A DNA stretch of 64,000 nt from Aulosira sp. ZfuVER01 (GTDB taxonomy: Bacteria; Cyanobacteriota; Cyanobacteriia; Cyanobacteriales; Nostocaceae): assembly GCA_034530615.2 (NCBI GenBank), contig JAVRCV020000033.1:64001-128000 (forward strand). Direction: 5' to 3'. Position numbers and translations under genes: made by a program. The notes below the pieces were generated by a model. The model was not told the DNA's origin. It made no database searches and saw nothing but the letters and a program-made list of their open reading frames with translations. Positions 38,954 to 48,712 of the stretch are shown piece after piece; positions within the stretch are counted from its first letter, which is position 1, and each line of letters starts with the position of its first letter.

Positions 38954-40879
38954 GTGTCTTCATCTAAAACTTTTGATAAGAAACCATCACAAATTCAAAC
39001 TTTACCCAGTACTGAATTTTGGAAAGAAGTTGGTCAAGTAACTGGTGGTACTCTCCTATCAATTATGTTGTTATCAACTGCTGTGATATCTGGAGGATTA
39101 GTTGGTTTAGCCATTAGTTTCCGGGATTTACCAGATGTTAGACAGTTACGAAACTTTTTTCCCGCAGAAACAACTTATATATATGATATTAAAGGCAAGC
39201 TGTTAGCACGCATACACGGTGAAGCTAATCGGCAAGTAGTACCTTTAGATGGAATTTCTCCCAATTTAAAACGAGCTGTATTAGCTAGCGAAGACAGTAA
39301 TTTCTTCGAGCATCACGGTATTAATCCCGTTGGGATTGGACGTGCTGCAATAACTAACTTCGTAGCTGGAGGTGTACGAGAAGGTGGTTCGACAATCACC
39401 ATGCAGTTGGTGAAAAATCTGTTTTTATCCCAGAAGCGTGCTGTTACCCGGAAAATTGCAGAAGCAATATTAGCAATTAGGTTAGAGCAAGTTCTGACTA
39501 AAGACCAAATTTTAGAAATGTACCTCAACCAAGTTTACTGGGGACACAATAATTATGGTGTACAAACGGCAGCACGCACTTACTTTAACAAATCAGCTGC
39601 AAATTTGACTTTGGCTGAATCTGCAATGATGGCGGGATTAATTCCAGCCCCAGAAGAATATAGCCCATTTGTAAACATGAAATTGGCTAAACAAAGACAA
39701 AAAGAAGTACTGGGGCGGATGTTGGAATTAAATTGGATTAGCCAGCAAGAATATAATGATGCTCTCAAACAACAAATCAAACTAGGTAAAATTAAATCAT
39801 TTCAAGGTAGTGCTTTGCCTTATGTTACCAATACCGTAGCTCAGGAAATAATTAAAAAGTTTGGGCGTGAAGCCTTGCTCAAAGCCGGAATGCGGGTACA
39901 AACTACAGTAGACACCAACTTCCAATTGATGGCAGAACAAACTATTAAGAAATGGCATCAAACCCTTGAAAGTGAAGGGATATATAAAAATCAAATGGCT
40001 TTAGTAGCTATCGATCCGCGCACGCATTTTGTCAAAGCACTAGTTGGTGGTATTGATGCCAAAAAGAGCGAATTTAACCGCGCCACTCAAGCACAGCGTC
40101 AGCCTGGATCTTCTTTCAAGCCATTTGTCTACTATACTGCTTTTGCCAGTGGTAAATTCACACCCAATTCAACAATACTAGATACCCCAGTTAGTTATCG
40201 AGATGGTAGCGGTTGGTATTATCCACGCAACTATGATAATAGCTTTATGGGCGCAATATCGATTCGTACTGCCGTTGCTCTGTCTCGTAATATTCCAGCA
40301 ATCAAAATTGGCAAAGCTGTAGGCATGAATAAAGTCATTGAAACTTGCCGTACCCTAGGAATTATGAGTCCAATGGTTCCGGTAAGTTCTCTGCCATTGG
40401 GGGCAATTGGTGTGACACCACTGGAAATGGCTAGTGCTTATGCAACTTTTGCTAATTATGGTTGGCAATCACCAGCGACGATTATTGCCCGTGTGACAGA
40501 TAGTAGTGGTAATGTGTTGCTAGATAATACTCCAAAACCGCAACTAGTTCTTGACCCTTGGGCATCAGCAGCAACTTTAGATGTGATGCAATCGGTAGTG
40601 AATGAAGGAACTGGTAAAGGTGCAGCTATCGGCCGTCCAGTCGCCGGAAAAACCGGTACAACTTCCTCAGAAAAGGATATTTGGTTTATTGGCACTGTAC
40701 CGCAGTTAACGACTGCTATCTGGGTAGGGAGGGACGACAACCGACAATTAGCTCACAGCGCAACAGGTGGTGGTACTGTGGCTCCTGTCTGGCGTGATTT
40801 TATGCAGAAGGCACTCGAGGATGTACCAGTAGAAAGATTTCAGCCACCTTCTAAGTTTTCTCGTCCTAAAGCAGATTGA
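38954..40879 (+). CDS. class A penicillin-binding protein (PBP1A family)
   Basis: EDSNFFEHHG, GGSTITMQL.KN, RK..E transglycosylase; RQPGSSFK, SRN, GKTGT transpeptidase. Confidence 0.92.
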   Translation: MSSSKTFDKKPSQIQTLPSTEFWKEVGQVTGGTLLSIMLLSTAVISGGLVGLAISFRDLPDVRQLRNFFPAETTYIYDIKGKLLARIHGEANRQVVPLDGISPNLKRAVLASEDSNFFEHHGINPVGIGRAAITNFVAGGVREGGSTITMQLVKNLFLSQKRAVTRKIAEAILAIRLEQVLTKDQILEMYLNQVYWGHNNYGVQTAARTYFNKSAANLTLAESAMMAGLIPAPEEYSPFVNMKLAKQRQKEVLGRMLELNWISQQEYNDALKQQIKLGKIKSFQGSALPYVTNTVAQEIIKKFGREALLKAGMRVQTTVDTNFQLMAEQTIKKWHQTLESEGIYKNQMALVAIDPRTHFVKALVGGIDAKKSEFNRATQAQRQPGSSFKPFVYYTAFASGKFTPNSTILDTPVSYRDGSGWYYPRNYDNSFMGAISIRTAVALSRNIPAIKIGKAVGMNKVIETCRTLGIMSPMVPVSSLPLGAIGVTPLEMASAYATFANYGWQSPATIIARVTDSSGNVLLDNTPKPQLVLDPWASAATLDVMQSVVNEGTGKGAAIGRPVAGKTGTTSSEKDIWFIGTVPQLTTAIWVGRDDNRQLAHSATGGGTVAPVWRDFMQKALEDVPVERFQPPSKFSRPKAD

Positions 40880-40920
40880 AAATATTAAGGTGAGATTAGG
40901 TATCAATAAATATTTGAGAA

Positions 40921-41598
40921 ATGAGGATTTTGGTAGTTGAAGATGATGTCCAACTAGCAGAGATGCTAATGGAAGCCCTCACTGACCGTCAATATGTGGT
41001 GGATGTAGCCCAAGACGGTGAAGAAGCATGGGATTTTATCAAGAGCTTGGAATATGACTTAGTGGTGCTAGACATAACCTTACCTAAATTAGACGGTGTT
41101 AGTTTTTGTCAACGCTTGCGATCGCATCACCGGAGTCTGCCTGTCCTCATGTTAACAGCACGCGATACCCTGGCTGACAAAGTTACTGGCTTAGATGCAG
41201 GCGCAGATGACTATATGGTGAAACCTTTTGAAATGCCAGAACTGATGGCTCGCATTCGCGCACTGTTGCGCCGCAATCAAAGCACAGCCTCTTTTCCTGA
41301 CCTCAGTTGGGGCGAGCTACATTTAAATTCCAGCACTTATGAAGTCACCTATGCAGAACATCCCTTACATCTGACACCAAAAGAATTTGCCCTTCTAGAA
41401 CTTATGGTTTCTAGCGGTCGGCGGGTACTCAGTCGCACTGGAATTATTGAGCGCATCTGGTCACTTAATGACCCACCCAGCGAAGAAACGGTGAAATCTC
41501 ACATTAAGAGTCTCAGAAATAAACTCCGAGAAGCAGGCGCTCCTGATGATTTTATTGAAACAGTGCATGGACTGGGCTATCGTTTAAAGCAGCTTTAG
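40921..41598 (+). CDS. OmpR-family response regulator
   Basis: VEDD, LDITLP, GADDY.VKP, LTPKEF, IETVHGLGY. Confidence 0.93.
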   Translation: MRILVVEDDVQLAEMLMEALTDRQYVVDVAQDGEEAWDFIKSLEYDLVVLDITLPKLDGVSFCQRLRSHHRSLPVLMLTARDTLADKVTGLDAGADDYMVKPFEMPELMARIRALLRRNQSTASFPDLSWGELHLNSSTYEVTYAEHPLHLTPKEFALLELMVSSGRRVLSRTGIIERIWSLNDPPSEETVKSHIKSLRNKLREAGAPDDFIETVHGLGYRLKQL

Positions 41599-41603
41599 AG
41601 AAC

Positions 41604-41631
41604 TACCCGATTTCTACCCGATATTTACCCG
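41604..41631 (+). promoter_or_regulatory. 11-bp-period direct repeat triplet B1
   Basis: TACCCGATTTC TACCCGATATT TACCCG. Confidence 0.75.
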
Positions 41632-41816
41632 TTAGCTCCACAATTAATTGTTAAAGTTCTACAAAGAATAACTCCTTTGGAACACCACAATTTCTCCAAA
41701 CATCTTAATTATTTCGTTTGGAGATTTTAATTATTAATAAACAACGCTGAATTATTTAGTGACGGGAAAATCCTTAGTTTTATCACTAACAAACTTAAGG
41801 GTACATCTACACAAAT

Positions 41817-41860
41817 AAAGTCCACCTATCTTTGATATCGTTGGAAGGTAGGTGGACTTT
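41817..41860. terminator. 16-bp stem hairpin followed by a T-run
   Basis: AAAGTCCACCTATCTT-N12-AAGGTAGGTGGACTTT then GTTTTT. Confidence 0.55.
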
Positions 41861-42045
41861 GTTTTTAAGATAGCGACTTTTATACTAAAATTTTAGATTT
41901 TTAATTTAGAATTTGAGATTAATAATTAGCTCATTTCAATGTTTGTTAACTCCTGAAATGCAATAGTTAACAGTCATCAGCCAATAGCAAAAATAAATAT
42001 TTTTTCAAACTTAAATTTCATTTCTAAATTATTGATTTTCATGAA

Positions 42046-42078
42046 TCACCGATTTTTACCCGATTAATACCCGATATT
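42046..42078 (+). promoter_or_regulatory. 11-bp-period direct repeat triplet B2
   Basis: TCACCGATTTT TACCCGATTAA TACCCGATATT. Confidence 0.7.
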
Positions 42079-42150
42079 TTAACTTCTAGGGCGTAACATC
42101 TCAGAAGACCCGCAATTTTGCAACATGGTTTCCATTTTGAGTAAATTCCT

Positions 42151-42372
42151 ATGTCGCAATTTTCAGTAAATATTGCCAATATCGTTCTCACTAGTGAGCA
42201 ATATCTTAAGCTCAGAATTTATGCAGAAACTCGTCAGATATCAGTGCATGAGACGATTAGGTTACTTGTTGATTCTCTGCCAGTACCGTCCAGAGCTAGC
42301 AAAAAAATAGATAAAATCCATCCTTTTTTACTATCTAGAAAACTCCTGCAAACTTTTTTTAATGTTCAGTAA
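42151..42372 (+). CDS. small ribbon-helix-helix-like protein, copy B
   Basis: Paralog of 36701-36925; LTSEQYLKLRIYAETRQISVHETIRLLVDSL. Confidence 0.7.
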   Translation: MSQFSVNIANIVLTSEQYLKLRIYAETRQISVHETIRLLVDSLPVPSRASKKIDKIHPFLLSRKLLQTFFNVQ

Positions 42373-42434
42373 TTGAACTCTGAACGTCAACAGCTAATTA
42401 CCAATCTTTGAATTTTGTAGGTAGGAATTTGGCC

Positions 42435-42996
42435 ATGAATAATCTTGTTCCTCTAAGTTTAGTTGGATCTTTGGAAAATCCTATCCCAGAAACACATTCT
42501 CAACCCACTTATGCATTAATTTCAGTTCATGGAGATCCTACGGCTGAAATTGGTAAAGAAGGAGCAGGTGGACAAAATATCTACGTGCGGGAATTAGGAT
42601 TAGCATTAGCAAAAAAGGGATGTGAGGTTGATATATGTGCATGGTACAACCGGGCTGTTAGTACCTCCAGGTAATCATCACGATCTAACAAGAGCTATTA
42701 GTAATTTGTTAGACAACCCTAATTTAAGGCAATTTTATGGTAATGCTGCATATAGTTGGGTTCAGTCTCATTTTAGCACTCAAGCAGTCACCAACCAAAT
42801 TTACGAACTCTATCAATCACTAACGCTTTCTACGTTCGTCTAAGAAATAATTCAAACTCATAATGTAACGCCGAACTTAGAAAAGCAAATTCAAAATTTG
42901 TTGAAGTCAAAAGCTTTAAAGCCGAGCGAAATTAAAGCTCTAGAGAAATTAGTTGACTCCTTTTCTAATGGTACTGTGCAGTGGGTTAATAGTTAA
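42435..42996 (+). pseudogene. GT4 sucrose-phosphate-synthase-like glycosyltransferase with large internal deletion
   Basis: ALISVHGDP.AEIGKE.AGGQNIYVRELG joined out of frame near 42637 to TGLLVPP...LY; further TAA at 42841 before an open tail to 42996. Confidence 0.8.
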
Positions 42997-43105
42997 TTAA
43001 GAGAGAACGGGGAAATCCGCATAATTCAAATCAAATTTGCTGCCAGCTTATCTATATCGTTGCCTAGGTTGCTGAATTACAAACTTATCTGTATACATCT
43101 GTCTT

Positions 43106-43236
43106 GAAAAGTTTTGCGCCGGGAAACCCGGACGCGCAACGCCAGTTGCTTTAAGTCGGGGAACCCGACGACAGTCGCTTCAAGTCGGCAAAGCCGCCCA
43201 CAGCGCTGTCTCCCCAACGCACTGGCTCAACTTTTC
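43106..43236. repeat. three nested small dispersed repeats
   Basis: Nested stems GAAAAGTT/AACTTTTC, GCCAGT/ACTGGC, GACAG/CTGTC, each with its own short GC hairpin. Confidence 0.7.
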
Positions 43237-43512
43237 GCTGCGTCCATCCTTTTCAATCAGCGGTTAATTATTTCTTGTTCTCACCAATGTAGAAAGTGCT
43301 ATGTAACAGATCGTCTTGATGTTCATGAGGATTTATCATGCTGGAATTAATTTATGAAATTTTAAATAGCGAAGAATGCATTGATTTACGTCAATTTTTA
43401 CACTAACTGCAACAACAAAATAAACAATTTTGAATTGGAGAAATCCCTGTATTTTATCCAGATATGCAGATTTTTTATTATTATCAAACTTGCTAAAGTT
43501 AAGGAATTAAAG

Positions 43513-44283
43513 ATGAAACTACTTCTAGTGATTGACTTAGACAATACTCTGCTTGAAAAAGACCAAGGTACTACGGTTTTAAACCAAAGGTTAGCAGGAT
43601 TCCGCAAGTATATCTATTTGCTCTATGTTACAGATAGCTCTTATACTTCTAGTCGTAAATTTATAGCAAAAGCAAAGCTCTTGAAACCAGATTACTTAAT
43701 TGCTAGTTTAGGTACTGAGATTTATCAACAGGGTTTGATTTTAGAACAGGATTGGGCACATTACATCTCAAAAGACTGGAATAGAGATACAGTTTGGGCA
43801 ATTGCTAGCCAATCTTCGAGATTGAAACTTCGCTCTAAAAGTGAACAAACTCGTTGGAAAATTAGCTTTAAGCTAGATACGGCTGCTGAACTTCATGTTA
43901 TTGATGATTTGCAAGATTTATTAAACTTTGCGGGATTATCGGCTCAGGTTATTTTCAGTAATGGGCGCGATGTTGATATCGTACCCAAAAGCAGTAATAA
44001 AGGTAAAGCTACTGCATATCTGCAACAACTGTTGCAAGTGGAACTAGAAGCAACTATTGTCTGTGGAGGTTCGGGAAATGACATTAGCCTATTTCAACTA
44101 CCATCACCGGGAATTATTGTGAGTAATGCTCAGACACAATTGCTTCAATGGCATTATAAGACGCATTTCCCTTGGCACTATTTAACTCATTACCCTCATG
44201 CTGCTGGTATTCTGGAAGGACTGGTTTATTTTAATATTTTGCCATTCCCTAACAGCTGGCGATCGCAACCCATTTCCAATTAA
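43513..44283 (+). CDS. sucrose-phosphate phosphatase-like HAD-IIB hydrolase (start MKLLLV)
   Basis: DLDNTL, KPDYLI.S.GTEIY, DI.P..SNKG.A, CGGSGND. Confidence 0.8.
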   Translation: MKLLLVIDLDNTLLEKDQGTTVLNQRLAGFRKYIYLLYVTDSSYTSSRKFIAKAKLLKPDYLIASLGTEIYQQGLILEQDWAHYISKDWNRDTVWAIASQSSRLKLRSKSEQTRWKISFKLDTAAELHVIDDLQDLLNFAGLSAQVIFSNGRDVDIVPKSSNKGKATAYLQQLLQVELEATIVCGGSGNDISLFQLPSPGIIVSNAQTQLLQWHYKTHFPWHYLTHYPHAAGILEGLVYFNILPFPNSWRSQPISN

Positions 44284-44305
44284 CTTTGATGATAGGCATA
44301 AATCA

Positions 44306-44340
44306 GCGTAGACACGAAGTGGCTTGTCGTCAGACATCGC
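44306..44340. repeat. small dispersed repeat inserted in a HIP1 site
   Basis: GCG-[27 nt ..GTCGTCAGAC]-ATCGC. Confidence 0.55.
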
Positions 44341-44461
44341 TTATATTACAACTCTTACTGATTCATAGGGTGCATCTTCAAAAGCCTCTGCTAAGTAGCA
44401 GCGTTACTCGTTCTTTGCTTTACAGCCTATATTTCACAACTTCTCAACAGAGGCTATTGGT

Positions 44462-44731
44462 TTAGTAGGCTCTGCGGGTAAAAGTGTAATAAAGCCATAA
44501 ACCAATAATGGCACCAATGATTGAGACGATAATACCGCCAATACTCAATCCTGCTGAGGTAAAGGCTAACGTTCCTGTGGTTAACAAAGTGTATACACTT
44601 CCACCAATGAGCGCACCAATCATTCCCAGGAGTATTGTGCCGAAAATGTTACCCCCTTGATGTCCGGGATAAATCATTTTTGCGATCGCACCTGCAATCA
44701 GTCCTAAAACGATCCAAGCTAGAATATTCAT
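44462..44731 (-). CDS. GlsB/YeaQ/YmgE (transglycosylase-associated) membrane protein
   Basis: MNILAWIVLGLIAGAIAK.IYPG..GG...TILLG.IGA.IGG. Confidence 0.9.
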   Translation of the reverse strand: MNILAWIVLGLIAGAIAKMIYPGHQGGNIFGTILLGMIGALIGGSVYTLLTTGTLAFTSAGLSIGGIIVSIIGAIIGLWLYYTFTRRAY

Positions 44732-45012
44732 AAGTTTTCTCCATTAACAACTTATTTCGTTTAACTCACCGACAATCCAAGTAGAAACTCTGCCTGTGTT
44801 TGTAATCAGGCAAAAATTATTATTTCTCTTGTAGCCGACGAATTCAGCCCGTCCTTTTAGCTATGTATAGAATATTATTTCCGTCAATACGATTTCCACT
44901 ATCTGAAGTAAGAATATCTATCTAATAAACGTCAACAAACCAAAACTGGCTTATTCAGAAATAAGATGAGCTTGCCTCTAATACCAAGATACTTATTTTA
45001 GTGTGAGTATAA

Positions 45013-45084
45013 ATAAAAGCTTGTGCTGATATGTGCCATCGCTGTGCTGAATTTTGTCGGCAAATGTCAATGGCCACTGCATAA
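45013..45084 (+). pseudogene. C-terminal remnant of a Cys-rich four-helix copper-storage (DUF326/Csp-like) protein
   Basis: KACADMCHRCAEFCRQMSMATA*; in-frame stop immediately upstream. Confidence 0.55.
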
Positions 45085-45198
45085 GTCATTGTAAATACTC
45101 GCTGGCTCTTGTAATCTTGTAGTCAGCCAGTGTCGCAGTTTAAAAGTAGGCAGCAGATAAAAACTAACGACTTTTGAAATAGGAAAAGAAGCATTCAA

Positions 45199-45318
45199 TC
45201 ACAGCAGTGCTGTTAAGGGGTTATAAGTCCACTAATTACGCCGGAAATAGTTAGATAACAGCCCAAGAAATAGAACGATCGCACCGATCGCCGTGATTAA
45301 TATATTGAGTTCATCCAA
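45199..45318 (-). pseudogene. N-terminal remnant of a membrane transporter (CPA1 antiporter-like)
   Basis: TTG-start MDELNILITAIGAIVLFLGLLSNYFRRN*WTYNPLTALL*. Confidence 0.4.
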
Positions 45319-45727
45319 AGCTTAGTAACCGATGTTGATACTGATTTTCTCACTGTGCCAATATAAATATATTTATGTGGTTACTATCAAAGACCGCATC
45401 TACCAATAGGAGAATAATCATATTTATCTCTTTGGTTGATACCAGATTTTGATAATTGATGATTATCAGTCAAAAAATGAAAATTTTTAAATAAAATATA
45501 CCAAAATATAAAAAGGCGATCGCTTGTTTTTGTGAAAATATGGTAGTGGGATCGAAAATTCAAGCAAATTAAATATCCAAGAGCACATAACAGACTTTAG
45601 GAGGATGATTATTCAGGCAAAAACAATTAAAAGTGAATGCAAGAAGCTGCAAGCAAGCTGCTATCTACAAATCCCGACTACTTTGACTTTTACAAGCATG
45701 ATTAATCACAATCAGCGATGAGCAAAA

Positions 45728-46750
45728 ATGGCAGATACAGACAATGGTTACTCTCGATTAACTCGTGGCGCACCTTTGGCAGTAATGCTTGCAGCGTCAC
45801 TCTACATCCTGTACCAACTTTTACCAGTATTAGAACTAGTAGCTATTGCCGCATTAATTGCTTTAGTTTTGCGAACAATGTTGCGGTTTTTGCAAAAGCT
45901 GGTTAAATCACAGGATGCTGCCGTTGTGCTATTAATTGGATTGATCCTTGGCTTTGGCCTATTGCTTGCTACGGTAGTGATACCTAACGCTACATTTGAA
46001 GTTCAAAATTTACTAACCACCTTGCCGACTTATCTCAATACATTGACAGGAGATGTTGAGCGACTGCGGCACAAATTTACCTTTGTTCCTGACATTTCCT
46101 TATCACTAATACAATTGCGGAACTTTATCAACCAATTACTAGGGGGAGTACCAGTTTTTTTGGGTCAAGCCTTTAACTTCACACTAGAGTTAGTGGCAAC
46201 AGTAATTCTAGCGCTATACATGGCTTACGATCCTAATTCTTTGGTAAATGGTACTTTACGGTTAGTTCCCCGCCAACATCACCAACGATTCACACGAGTC
46301 CTCAAGGCTTGTCGAACTAGACTACGTGGTTGGATTTTTGGTACAGGAATTGCCATGATATTTCTCGGTGCAGGAGCCGCCCTTGGGCTGTGGATTTTAG
46401 GAATTCCGTCAGCATTTGCCTTTGGTATTATTGCAGGTTTATTCGAGATTATTCCTTACTTTGGTTCGATTGTTGGTACTTTTTTACCTGCATTAGTAGC
46501 ACTGAGCATTTCACCGATAAAGTTAGTATTTGTTCTCATACTATTTTTAGTTCTCAATCAGATAGATGCTCATATTGTTCAACCATTGGTAATGGGACAG
46601 CAAGTTAATATACATCCTGTGATGGTAATTGTGACGTTTCTAGTCATGGGTAAGCTATTTGGATTGATTGGGGTGCTGCTTGCAGTTCCAGCGGCCGCTA
46701 TCATTGTTACGCTAATAGATGAATTCACGCTTCAGCAGTCTGAAACGTAA
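45728..46750 (+). CDS. AI-2E family transporter
   Basis: G.FEIIPYFG, NQID...QPLVMG...IHP, FGLIGVLLAVP. Confidence 0.9.
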   Translation: MADTDNGYSRLTRGAPLAVMLAASLYILYQLLPVLELVAIAALIALVLRTMLRFLQKLVKSQDAAVVLLIGLILGFGLLLATVVIPNATFEVQNLLTTLPTYLNTLTGDVERLRHKFTFVPDISLSLIQLRNFINQLLGGVPVFLGQAFNFTLELVATVILALYMAYDPNSLVNGTLRLVPRQHHQRFTRVLKACRTRLRGWIFGTGIAMIFLGAGAALGLWILGIPSAFAFGIIAGLFEIIPYFGSIVGTFLPALVALSISPIKLVFVLILFLVLNQIDAHIVQPLVMGQQVNIHPVMVIVTFLVMGKLFGLIGVLLAVPAAAIIVTLIDEFTLQQSET

Positions 46751-46773
46751 GTACCTCAAGCATAAGTGATGAT

Positions 46774-47316
46774 TTACCGACCAAATATCAAAGCATCTAA
46801 GGAATAAGCACCAGGGCCTAAAACGGCGATCGCAATCAACATCACGCAGTACATAAATGCCTTTTCCCAGCTTGGTGGTTCACCTTGTCCGTTAGCTCCT
46901 TGATATTGATTTGGCGGAATTAAGTATGGATCTTGAGCTACAAAAGGTTTATTCCCCGCAATGTGTAAATAGATCGCAAAAATCATTGAGCAGAGAATAG
47001 GTAAGGTTCCTAAGAGAGTCAAAAATCCCACAATCAGAAAAATTCCGCCGCCTAACATAGACGCAGCTGAGAAAAAGCATAGAAAGACAGGCATTTTTAG
47101 AGACTCAGCCCACTGTCGGAGATGGGTTATTTTCGGATAGCCGTGTAGGATAAACAACCCGCCAACACTAACTCTTAGTAATAAAAGTGCTAAACCTGGG
47201 AAGTTGTCAGGATACACATTATATATAGCACTCAATAGGTGTGGGCCTATCTGTGGGAAATTAAATGCAGCTAGCAAAAAAGCGATCGCTACACCCAGCG
47301 CAAATTTATAAATCAT
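46774..47316 (-). CDS. DoxX family membrane protein
   Basis: LLLRV.VG.LF..HG..K; GFLT; GPGAYSLD. Confidence 0.85.
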   Translation of the reverse strand: MIYKFALGVAIAFLLAAFNFPQIGPHLLSAIYNVYPDNFPGLALLLLRVSVGGLFILHGYPKITHLRQWAESLKMPVFLCFFSAASMLGGGIFLIVGFLTLLGTLPILCSMIFAIYLHIAGNKPFVAQDPYLIPPNQYQGANGQGEPPSWEKAFMYCVMLIAIAVLGPGAYSLDALIFGR

Positions 47317-48218
47317 AGCTGCACACCACGGGTATTGAGGTTGATAGCATATAAGGATTTGCCTGCTGTAATAAATAGGCGATCGCGTTCCTTACCGCCA
47401 AAAGTCAGATTAGCGCATACTTCCGGTACGAGAATTTTCCCTAAGCGAGTTCCATCAGGAGCGTATACCTGTACGCTATCTTCCGAACTTATAAAAACAT
47501 TGCCATGTTCATCAACCCGAAATCCATCAGGTTGCCCTGGTTCGATAACTGCAAACACCCGTCCGTTTTTTGCCCATTGACCATCCACAACCTCGTAGAC
47601 ACGAACATGATGCGGCCCGCCAGGAATATTAAATGCAGCTGTATCGGAGACATACAGCAGACTTTCATCTGGGCTGAAACACAGCCCATTAGGGCGTACC
47701 ATATCTGTTACTACAGGATAAATCTCACCTGTTGCTGGATCGAAGCGATATACATAACTTCCAGGCTGTTCCTGTTCGCCGCCATAGCCTTGATTTGGTT
47801 CAGCGATCCCATAGGGTGGATCGGTAAACCAAATTGTACCGTCGCGTTTAACTACCAAATCATTGGGACTGTTGAGGCGTTTGCCTTGGTAGCGATCGAC
47901 TAAAACCTTCCATTCACCATTGTGTTCGCGGCGGATAATGGCACGCAACCCAGAGGAACACGCAACCAGACGACCTTCCAAATCTCGGTAATTACCACTT
48001 TGATAATCAGATGGATCGCGTAGGACTGTTACATTCTCAGCGGGACTCCACCGTAATAAGCAGTTGCCGTGGGCATCACTCCATACAACACTATCGTCTT
48101 CACGGATGTAAACAGGGCCTTCACTATGAACTGCACCGTTGGCCAGCTTTTGCAGTGAAGTTACTGGAGGTACAAGAACACGCAGGCGATCGTCATAAAT
48201 TTCAATTGCTTCAGCCAT
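47313..48218 (-). CDS. SMP-30/gluconolactonase family protein
   Basis: SEGPV, LNSPNDLVV, FTDPPYG, PNGL.FSPD, PDGF.VD..G. Confidence 0.92.
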   Translation of the reverse strand: MAEAIEIYDDRLRVLVPPVTSLQKLANGAVHSEGPVYIREDDSVVWSDAHGNCLLRWSPAENVTVLRDPSDYQSGNYRDLEGRLVACSSGLRAIIRREHNGEWKVLVDRYQGKRLNSPNDLVVKRDGTIWFTDPPYGIAEPNQGYGGEQEQPGSYVYRFDPATGEIYPVVTDMVRPNGLCFSPDESLLYVSDTAAFNIPGGPHHVRVYEVVDGQWAKNGRVFAVIEPGQPDGFRVDEHGNVFISSEDSVQVYAPDGTRLGKILVPEVCANLTFGGKERDRLFITAGKSLYAINLNTRGVQL

Positions 48219-48493
48219 AGTAATCTCCTGTTATCTAACTTGGTGGCTGACAAAAAATCGCCAGTTCAAGTCAATAATCAATTGCTGTAAAGCTGCACTA
48301 AATTTTTGTTAACAACTAGATTTTGTATAGATTTAATTCTGATTTTATTGATTTATGTTTACCTCAAACTAAAGAAATAAAATATTCTCATTTTAATATT
48401 TCAATAATTTACAATTAACTAGCTTAATAAAGCCTTAAATCAATTTAGTTCCACTTAAATTCATTGCAATATTTTTCATCATATATGCAAAAA

Positions 48494-48532
48494 ATGAAAT
48501 TAAAATGAAATTCTTTACTAACTTTAGATGAA
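48494..48532 (-). promoter_or_regulatory. composite element: 7-2-7 palindrome + TTTCAT-N5-TTTCAT
   Basis: Minus strand TTCATCT-AA-AGTTAGT, 6 bp, TTTCAT-TTTAA-TTTCAT. Confidence 0.6.
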
Positions 48533-48712
48533 AAAAATCATAATACCTCAGGTAGAAGAATTATTAAAATTAAAGTTTTAGGCTTAAAATAAGAATCTAT
48601 CTTTAGAGCTATTTGACATTTCCAAAACTTCAAAACTAACTCAAAATATTGCTACATTACTTTACAGAAAACAGCAGAGTGAGACTTTTTTACTCGTAAT
48701 AAGTATGAAATT

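Noticed and set aside
36176..42078. TACCCGATTTC arrays as CRISPR repeats or plasmid iterons
   Set aside because: Units are 11 bp and contiguous with no spacers; no cas or rep gene is present
43114..43350. 78-aa ORF
   Set aside because: It is a read-through of the nested repeat elements
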